A stretch of DNA of 64,000 nt, taken from IMG/VR virus record IMGVR_UViG_3300025070_000018; one strand, given 5' to 3'. Each line of letters starts with the position of its first letter. Positions within the stretch are counted from its first letter, which is position 1. Below are positions 57,473 through 64,000 of this stretch, piece after piece. Made by a program: the position numbers and the translations under genes. The stretch comes from an uncultured virus (IMG/VR IMGVR_UViG_3300025070_000018). Its lineage: Duplodnaviria > Heunggongvirae > Uroviricota > Caudoviricetes. The notes beneath the pieces were generated by a model. It was given only the letters and a program-made list of their open reading frames with translations. It ran no database searches and was not told the DNA's origin.

Positions 57473-59230
57473 TTATGCTTCGCAAGCCACGCATGCGGCT
57501 TCTTCTTGTTGATAGTCTTGTCTTATAGTTCTTTCTATCTGGTTAGATAGATTTTCTACTTTCTTTAAAGCTTGGCTTCTCATGTAGTAAAGTGTTTTTA
57601 CTTTACCTTTCCACGCCCTCAAGTGAATACCATGTAATGTTTTGGTGTCCACGTCTGGCGGTAAGAACAAGTTTAAACTTTGTGATTGACAGATGTATTG
57701 TTGTCTGTCTGCCGCTAGATCAACTAGCAACCTCTGGTCCATCTCGATAGCTGTTTTAAATATAGATTTCTCTTGTTCTGATAAGAACTCTAAGTGCTGT
57801 ACACTACCCCCATTAGTCACAATAGATTTCCAAACTTCTTTATTGTTTCTATCATGCTTTAATAATACTCTCTCTAAGTATTTATTTTTCATAAGGAATG
57901 TACCGCTCAAAGTCTTTTGAGAAAACGCATTTGCGCGTAGCGGTTCGATAGATGGAGAAGTTCCCCCACAAATTACAGATGAAGAAGCATTAGGAGCAAT
58001 GGCAATGACATGTGAATGTCTTAGCCCTGTGCCCTCCATGTCTGCGGGAGAACCCCTCTCTGCTCCCAGCTTTTGATTAGCAGATTGAGCCTCTTTGTTT
58101 ATATGCTTAAATATATAGTCATTGATATCTTTAGACATATCATCATCCATTGCTACTTCTCTCTTCTGAAAGTAACTATGTAACCCCATTGTACCCAAGC
58201 CAATGGCTCTTTCACAACGCGCTGAGTTAACTGCACGCCACATGTAAGAGGGGGCACTTGTAATGAAATGCTCTAAAACATTGTCAAGCATACGCACCAA
58301 ATCTTCTATGAATAATTTATTATCTTTCCACTCATCAAAGTATTCTAAGTTCACTGAGGATAAACAACACACCGCAGTTCTATCTTTTGCAGTTGGTAGT
58401 GTAATCTCAGAACATAAGTTTGAGTGATTAAATTTTAATCCCAGTTTCTTCTGTGATTCTGGCAGTGCTGCATTCACTGTGTCAATGAATGAGATATATG
58501 GCTCGCCTGTAGCTATCCTTGTTTCTAGAATCTTAATCCATAAAGTTCTAGCATCAAGAGTTTTAATAACTTGTTTAGTATGGGGATCAATTAAATCCCA
58601 AGCCTCGCCTTTTTGTACAGCCTCCATGAAAGCATCTGATACATTGATACCGTGGTGTAAGTTTAAATTTTTTCTATGGATATCTCCGCCTGTAGGTTTT
58701 CTCATTTCAATAAACTCTACAATCTCTGGGTGTGATACATCCATGTAGGAAGCGTAGCTACCACGGCGTGTTGCGCCTTGATGAAAGGCAGTCATCTGTG
58801 AATCGACCACGTGCATGAAAGGAATAACTCCTGTAGTTTTATTACCAATACTTGTAGCCATACCCTGTGATCTAACATCACCCCAGTAGCCACCAATACC
58901 GCCGCCCATACTAGACAACCATATGTTCTCAGTATAGTGATCTGCTAAACCTTCACGTGAATCATCTACATAATTTAAGAAGCAAGATATAGGTAGCCCT
59001 CGTGTTGTACCTCCGTTGGATAGAACAGGTGTGGAAAACATAAACCATAACTTACTAGCGTAGTCATATAATCTTTGTGCGTGTGCTTGATCATCCGCAA
59101 ATGTTTTTGCTGCTCTGGCAAAGCCGTCTTGAGGACTAGCCTCAGTAGGTAGTAAGTATCTGTCTTTTAGTATTATTTTGCCAGACTCTGTCAAGAGTTC
59201 ATCGCGAGAGTAGTCTATATTTATTTTCAT
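57473..59230 (-). CDS. nrdA: Ribonucleotide reductase class I alpha subunit
   Basis: PISCF, SNLCSEI, VCCLSS, APNASSS, LYY, C-terminal CVAC; ATG 59230 with AGGAG RBS. Confidence 0.95.
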   Translation of the reverse strand: MKINIDYSRDELLTESGKIILKDRYLLPTEASPQDGFARAAKTFADDQAHAQRLYDYASKLWFMFSTPVLSNGGTTRGLPISCFLNYVDDSREGLADHYTENIWLSSMGGGIGGYWGDVRSQGMATSIGNKTTGVIPFMHVVDSQMTAFHQGATRRGSYASYMDVSHPEIVEFIEMRKPTGGDIHRKNLNLHHGINVSDAFMEAVQKGEAWDLIDPHTKQVIKTLDARTLWIKILETRIATGEPYISFIDTVNAALPESQKKLGLKFNHSNLCSEITLPTAKDRTAVCCLSSVNLEYFDEWKDNKLFIEDLVRMLDNVLEHFITSAPSYMWRAVNSARCERAIGLGTMGLHSYFQKREVAMDDDMSKDINDYIFKHINKEAQSANQKLGAERGSPADMEGTGLRHSHVIAIAPNASSSVICGGTSPSIEPLRANAFSQKTLSGTFLMKNKYLERVLLKHDRNNKEVWKSIVTNGGSVQHLEFLSEQEKSIFKTAIEMDQRLLVDLAADRQQYICQSQSLNLFLPPDVDTKTLHGIHLRAWKGKVKTLYYMRSQALKKVENLSNQIERTIRQDYQQEEAACVACEA

Positions 59231-59282
59231 GTTTGCTCCTTTATTAATTTTGAATGTTTCTCGAGGCGAGTTTGCCATCCTA

Positions 59283-60539
59283 TCACAACTTAACGGGAAA
59301 CACAAGACCGTCTTGTACTTTTATATATCCCGCTTCCTCCATAGCTTTGACAGTCTGCTCAGATTCACCAGGTGCGAGAGTTCTTCGAAGAAGTTCTCGC
59401 TTAAAGTGTCGAAGGTGGATGTATCCTTGCTTCGAATTTGTCATGGTTTCTTTAGACCATACTGCCATATCTTGCGCTAGTTTACCCGCCCTAGCCATTC
59501 CAAAGCCTGCCAACGCACGAGGCATAGCCTCTTCTACTTCAAACATTAAGTCTTTAGTTCTCTGCCAATGGTCCCAAGTAATAATCTTATCCTTGGAACT
59601 GCTGGCTGAGATAGCTAGAGATACTTTAATAAAGTGTGATACTCTACGTTGTGTATACTCAGCTAAGTTTGCATCAGTTGGTATTGGATCAAGTCCTGTT
59701 TCAATATCTTGATTGATCTTATCAAATGCTCGGTCATCAAATCTCATTGGTCCATACATCTTAGCAATCTCAGCTAAGTCATGTCTGAGATTTACAATAG
59801 TTGCATCAGATACTCTATCTTGTAATAAAGATTGAGGAATCTTTTCACCATCATAAAACACAGGAATGATTCTAGATAATAGACCTTGTGATCTGGCATC
59901 TTCTGGTAAGTTATCCACGAACTGCTCGGGTGTAGCACATGCGATCCAATTTAAACAAGGACCTTTAATAATATGCTCACCCGCAGTCTTGGTCTTATGT
60001 GAGTATTCTTCTTTACTATCCCACATATCAGTCAAGAACATTTGTAGGTAACGCTCATGTCTTGATAGAAATGTACCAAGCTCTGAAGTTACTAATGTCA
60101 ATGACCCATCAAAAAATTCTTCACCCATTGTAGATAATCTCATGTCTAGTCTTGAAGCCTTAGACATATCCACTGCTAATTTTTCTGGGGTAATTCTATC
60201 CTGTATACAATACAAAGGAAACTCTTTCAAACCGTACTCAGCTAACCCCGAATTAAAATTCTCGTGATCTGTTTTTGTACCTATAGGTGTTGTTAGTTTA
60301 CGAAATATTTTACTGAATGGTAGAATCAAACTTACTGATTTGTTTCGCCCAGGTCCAGCCACAAGCACGACGAATATATTCGCACGTATATCGTAGTTAG
60401 CCATAGGCATCCACACTCTTCTACCTAATGCACCAGACACAGATGACAGTGCCGCCCAAGTTCTAAACAACTTAGGTATCGGACTTTTTTCTGTAGCCTT
60501 TACACATGCATCTATATAGTCTTTATATATTCGCGCCAT
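59283..60539 (-). CDS. DUF3987/YfjI-like P-loop protein (putative replicative helicase-like ATPase)
   Basis: NIFVVLVAGPGRNKS, TPEKL, SELG, GLLSR. Confidence 0.65.
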   Translation of the reverse strand: MARIYKDYIDACVKATEKSPIPKLFRTWAALSSVSGALGRRVWMPMANYDIRANIFVVLVAGPGRNKSVSLILPFSKIFRKLTTPIGTKTDHENFNSGLAEYGLKEFPLYCIQDRITPEKLAVDMSKASRLDMRLSTMGEEFFDGSLTLVTSELGTFLSRHERYLQMFLTDMWDSKEEYSHKTKTAGEHIIKGPCLNWIACATPEQFVDNLPEDARSQGLLSRIIPVFYDGEKIPQSLLQDRVSDATIVNLRHDLAEIAKMYGPMRFDDRAFDKINQDIETGLDPIPTDANLAEYTQRRVSHFIKVSLAISASSSKDKIITWDHWQRTKDLMFEVEEAMPRALAGFGMARAGKLAQDMAVWSKETMTNSKQGYIHLRHFKRELLRRTLAPGESEQTVKAMEEAGYIKVQDGLVFPVKL

Positions 60540-62082
60540 CGTGCCCCCTTTCCCATGTTTTCATATTCTTCCATGTGTTACCCACCTCTACAGAGGAAGG
60601 TATCACCAGTGTTCTAGTACCTACTTGAATAGGATTAGTCATACACTCAACGATCTTAGGCATCAGCTCATCTACCTTTTCAGTAGGAACCTGTCCTAAA
60701 ATCGCGTCGTGTACTTGTCCCAATACTTGAACACCATCATCACATAACTCATTCCACACTCGATATAATCCCATGTTCAATAAATCACCAATAGTAGATT
60801 GAGGTACGTAAGCAATAGCACCACGTAATGTAGTGGCATCATCCAGCCTGCCCCAGAATTGTCTGCGTCTACCAATAGGAGTAGTTAGTGTCCCAGTATT
60901 TAACAACTCATTTGCTATACTGTCATGCCATTTACGTATTCCAGGGAACGCGCCAGGCACATCAACATACTGAGTCTTTTCACCATATACTTTACCATAT
61001 GCTAGAAGCTCATCAAAACCAGCTTTAGGATCTTGTTGATGCCAGCGATTGACAGAATCAAGACTGACCACTCCACCATAATAAAGTAATTGGAATCGTG
61101 TAGCATGTGCTACTTTAATCTTCAGATGTCTAGCCAAAGACGCGGCTGACAAACCATAGTTAGTACCATGACCTGCGCGCTTACACATATCCCTAAAACT
61201 AAACTGTAAGTAATAAGGATTCTCGGCTAGCTGTCTCTCTTGTTTAGGATCGCCACTCCAACCCATGTTTTTCCAGACCATTTTAACCACAGTGGTATGC
61301 AAGTCACCACTCTCACAAGCATCAATATATCCTTGGTCGTCTGTTAAGTAGGCAACCACACGGGATTCCGCTTGCTCTAAGTCTGCGTAGAACATAGTCA
61401 TACCTTCATCGGGTATAAATATTTCGCGCAAGTCTTTCGTTATGTTTTGAAGATTAGTTCCTGTACCCCAAGGGGCTTCTGAAGATGACCAACGACCTGT
61501 CTCTGTACCTGCCACATTATAAGAACAACGAATACGATTATCTTTGTCTCTATCTGTATCAAGCACACCAAGTTGTTTGTCGATATCGCGCAACGCAAGG
61601 ATAGCGTTGGCAAATACTTTTGCTCGTGGGTAGTTCTCTCTTAGTTTTTCAAGAGCCTCACGATCTGTTGAAACTTTTGACTTACCTTTTTTATATGACA
61701 TGATCTTAGGTATACCTAAGTGTACATAAAATAAATCCTGTAATTGTTTTGGTGAGGCGTGGTTTAAGTCTTTACCTGTTGCCGCTTGTGAAAAGAGATT
61801 CAACATTCTCTCTAATTTCAAACGCGCTTTTTTCAAGGGGGCACGCATGTTCCTAACTTTCTCTAAGTCAACGCGTAAACCCTTCTGCATCATAGCCATC
61901 GCAGGCTTGAGGCTGTCTAGTTCAAACTGATATGTCTTGGTTGTAGTATCGTCTAGTTCTTTCTTGATCTTCTGCCAAATCTCTAGCGTTACCGCACAGT
62001 CAAGGGCGCAGTAAGTCCAGAGTGTTTGCTCAGAATCTAGCTCGATATTTTGTATATCTACGTTCTTTATTATTTTTGCCAT
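60523..62082 (-). CDS. Family A DNA polymerase, C-terminal part (ExoIII + thumb/palm/fingers)
   Basis: YCALD, TGRWSS, NLQNI, DLEQAESR, KRAGHGTNYG, QVHDA. Confidence 0.92.
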   Translation of the reverse strand: MAKIIKNVDIQNIELDSEQTLWTYCALDCAVTLEIWQKIKKELDDTTTKTYQFELDSLKPAMAMMQKGLRVDLEKVRNMRAPLKKARLKLERMLNLFSQAATGKDLNHASPKQLQDLFYVHLGIPKIMSYKKGKSKVSTDREALEKLRENYPRAKVFANAILALRDIDKQLGVLDTDRDKDNRIRCSYNVAGTETGRWSSSEAPWGTGTNLQNITKDLREIFIPDEGMTMFYADLEQAESRVVAYLTDDQGYIDACESGDLHTTVVKMVWKNMGWSGDPKQERQLAENPYYLQFSFRDMCKRAGHGTNYGLSAASLARHLKIKVAHATRFQLLYYGGVVSLDSVNRWHQQDPKAGFDELLAYGKVYGEKTQYVDVPGAFPGIRKWHDSIANELLNTGTLTTPIGRRRQFWGRLDDATTLRGAIAYVPQSTIGDLLNMGLYRVWNELCDDGVQVLGQVHDAILGQVPTEKVDELMPKIVECMTNPIQVGTRTLVIPSSVEVGNTWKNMKTWERGHDGANI

Positions 62083-62099
62083 TGCTTTTGTCTCCTGTG

Positions 62100-62330
62100 T
62101 TACTCATAGTCTCTCTCAATTATCATGTCGATATAGTGTTTTGCTTTTAATAAATCTTGTTTGCCTCCTTTGTCTTTATGCCTGCAGATATATTTGATTG
62201 CGTTACCTTCTGCAAAAAGAAAATTGTTTTGATTAACGAACTCAGAGGGTTGTATCTTATATTTTTTGTAGTGGTCACCGCCCACCTGTGTACTGTATGC
62301 TGTTGTTGCTTTATTATTTGTATAACTCAT
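62100..62330 (-). CDS. DUF3310 family protein
   Basis: QVGGDHYK...IQP...GNAIKY..R...K...DL.KA..Y. Confidence 0.8.
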   Translation of the reverse strand: MSYTNNKATTAYSTQVGGDHYKKYKIQPSEFVNQNNFLFAEGNAIKYICRHKDKGGKQDLLKAKHYIDMIIERDYE

Positions 62331-62601
62331 CTATGCCACCTATAATATTAAATATTTCTTCCCTTACATTCTTCGCATTTAATTGTGCATAGTCGCACAC
62401 AATACTGAAATCTTCTGTCTTTCCTCTCAGCCAAATCTTGGCTCGTTCTTTGTTTGATAAACTCTCTCGGGACTTGTTCTCTGTGAGAAAGTCTGATATC
62501 GCTTGGTCTATTACTGATCTCCACAATCGTACTTCACTTTCGATAGTTACTAAATCATTTGGTATATGTAACTCCGCAAAGTATGGAGCACGTTTGGTCA
62601 T
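62314..62601 (-). CDS. Conserved hypothetical phage protein
   Basis: LWRSVIDQAISD...AKIWL...F..VCDYA. Confidence 0.6.
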   Translation of the reverse strand: MTKRAPYFAELHIPNDLVTIESEVRLWRSVIDQAISDFLTENKSRESLSNKERAKIWLRGKTEDFSIVCDYAQLNAKNVREEIFNIIGGIDELYK

Positions 62602-62609
62602 TATTACAT

Positions 62610-63695
62610 CTATTCATCTCTCTTAGTACTCTTTGAAAACTTAGCCATAGTTTTCCAAGCACCCTCGTTTGTGTATATCGAACCTAAAAAGCCTAAGCCT
62701 TTCTGTTGTTCGGGCTGTAGTGCATGCTGGGCATGCATTGTATCGTGGATAGTTCCATTGACTGTGATGTTGTATTTATATTCTAACCACGACACATCAT
62801 ACGTTTGATTTTGAGCGACCTTAGTAATCTTCTCGTTCTCAAGAACATGCTTTATCCAAGCCCAAGCTCGTTGCTCATGGGCAGGGTCGGTCCAATAGTT
62901 TTGGAGTACGTTGCGCTTGTCTTTGAATGGTATAACGAGAGCGACAGTATCGCTTGGAGCGAAACCAATACAAGTAATAAAACCGCCCCCTGTTTCAATG
63001 TCGAAACTGAGTGGCTGATCTGTGTTATTCTCTCTAATAAATTTTTGTTCGAAGTCCTCGAGGTCTTTGATGTCTGGTTCAATCCATAACTCTCTTTCTT
63101 TTATTTTGATTTGTGGTGTGTTGGATTCCTCGACAGCCTTCCTAATATCTGCTAAGACAATAGGACGGAAGTCGAAGTTTCTAATAACGGCACTAGGACT
63201 AAACGTAGGCATAACTTTGGTCCCACCTGTGAGGTCCGATTTAAGAATGGTTCCCCTGTAAGTACCTATCTTGTCTAGTCCTGTCAGCGCCCATAACGCA
63301 ACGCTACCCATGGCAATAATGACATTAGGTTTGCACGCGTTAAGCTCGTTTTGCAACCGCTCTAATTCACTCTCGTATTCTTCTTTTAAAAAGCCGAAGC
63401 CATGCACAGGATACTTGGAGCGCCACTTATTCTCTTTACTAAACTTAGAATAGTTCTTCTTGTTCATAAAGAAATGGGCGGGGTTCTCTTGTGCAGGCTT
63501 CTGAGCGAGAGCATGCGTAAGCAAACAGTTCTCCACATTTAGTTCTAATATCTCACACATTTTGTGAAACATTTTTCCCGTACTACCAATCATGATTTCA
63601 CCAAGACGTTGCTCATCCGTAGTTGGAAAATCAAATACGAAAGCTATCTTGCAATCACCGTTAGGTTGTTGTGAAGGTACTGTCTGCTTAGTCAT
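62610..63695 (-). CDS. UDG-like domain fused to 3'-5' exonuclease ExoI/ExoII (N-terminal part of split PolA)
   Basis: Family-4 UDG-like pattern (P...E...G....G.TG, PNVIIAMG, MPTFSPS); FDIET, AQNQTYD, HDTM. Confidence 0.82.
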   Translation of the reverse strand: MTKQTVPSQQPNGDCKIAFVFDFPTTDEQRLGEIMIGSTGKMFHKMCEILELNVENCLLTHALAQKPAQENPAHFFMNKKNYSKFSKENKWRSKYPVHGFGFLKEEYESELERLQNELNACKPNVIIAMGSVALWALTGLDKIGTYRGTILKSDLTGGTKVMPTFSPSAVIRNFDFRPIVLADIRKAVEESNTPQIKIKERELWIEPDIKDLEDFEQKFIRENNTDQPLSFDIETGGGFITCIGFAPSDTVALVIPFKDKRNVLQNYWTDPAHEQRAWAWIKHVLENEKITKVAQNQTYDVSWLEYKYNITVNGTIHDTMHAQHALQPEQQKGLGFLGSIYTNEGAWKTMAKFSKSTKRDE

Positions 63696-63696
63696 G

Positions 63697-64000
63697 TTAG
63701 AGTATTCTCTTTACTGTTGGTTGTAGAATATCTTTATTCTGCCCCACCATCTCGTGCTTGATTAAGCCCTTGAAGGTTTTGCCAATTGCCATCTCTAGCA
63801 ATTCACTGTAAGGCAGGTCTTCCACATGACCCATGTCTAACCCGTTGGTTAGAAACGACTTCAATCCTGTTGCAGGATTGTTTACTTTCAAGGCGTTAGG
63901 TGTAGCCCAGAACTCCATACGAGTTGGCTGTGCGTCCTTGAGTTTCTCGTCAGTTAAATCTGAGTCGATCACTCCAATCGCCTTAACGTTTACTTTGATG
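63697..64000 (-). CDS. Replication-module protein, possibly ssDNA-binding; 5' end beyond window
   Basis: Frame open to window edge; position in replication operon. Confidence 0.4.
   Translation of the reverse strand, partial: IKVNVKAIGVIDSDLTDEKLKDAQPTRMEFWATPNALKVNNPATGLKSFLTNGLDMGHVEDLPYSELLEMAIGKTFKGLIKHEMVGQNKDILQPTVKRIL

Larger units (their letters stand above)
38842..64000. mobile_element. Phage 2: partial genome of an unrelated non-T7 podovirus (structural genes +, replication genes -)
   Basis: Second set of tail/ejection, lysis, RNR and PolA genes unrelated to phage 1; visibly higher GC; private GGGGGCAC motif. Left boundary lies somewhere in the 34.9-38.8 kb tail cassette. Confidence 0.85.

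Noticed and set aside
38842..61845. GGGGGCAC as KOPS-like polar site, Shine-Dalgarno or antisense-RNA target
   Set aside because: Occurs on both strands and in both orientations relative to transcription; mostly intragenic
62083..62609. Self-splicing intron or intein interrupting PolA
   Set aside because: Interval is filled by two ordinary phage genes; no intron core, homing nuclease or intein termini seen
2132..63453. Numerous 60-165 aa ORFs antisense to or nested within confident genes
   Set aside because: No RBS, no motifs, and they conflict with the operon orientation
56498..64000. Z-genome or other modified-base pathway
   Set aside because: No PurZ, DatZ, Que or transferase genes visible; the rest of phage 2 lies outside the window
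1..64000. Host chromosomal DNA or integrated prophage junctions
   Set aside because: No host housekeeping or rRNA genes; int-tRNA-RNAP is contiguous, i.e. attP intact

Overview
The window is entirely phage DNA and holds two unrelated podovirus genomes joined through a shared tail-gene cassette. Phage 1 (about 1-37.6 kb, all + strand, very AT-rich) is an apparently complete, circularly permuted T7-like (Autographiviridae) temperate phage resembling HTVC019P-type pelagiphages (SAR11 host inferred). Its genes, in order, are terminases, an ArdC-like antirestriction gene and small early genes, a MarR-like regulator, a tyrosine integrase, tRNA-Leu(UAA)/probable attP, single-subunit RNA polymerase, T7 gp2.5/3/3.5/4/5/6 equivalents, portal, scaffold, capsid, tail tubes, internal virion proteins and tail fibre modules. 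Bases 1-~620 recur, slightly diverged, at 37599-~38220. From about 38.8 kb the sequence is a partial, different, visibly more GC-rich podovirus (phage 2). It encodes tail/ejection proteins including a 2420-aa polyvalent protein, an HTH-metallophosphoesterase, basic and Cys-rich small proteins, holin and lysozyme, class Ia RNR, a DUF3987-like ATPase and a split UDG-like/exonuclease + PolA. The most striking unexplained signals are: (i) GGGGGCAC(GG) occurring at least 16 times on both strands and in all reading frames of phage 2, and not seen in phage 1; (ii) a palindromic operator RCTACRAnnTTGTAGY at eight intergenic control points of phage 1, a candidate lysogeny regulon; (iii) nested long-range pairings that enclose the phage tRNA and could prevent its folding; (iv) a PolA split inside its exonuclease domain, with His at the 762 position; (v) a promoter- and terminator-bounded structured RNA of about 130 nt. 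All calls come from reading motifs by eye; no database searches were run.
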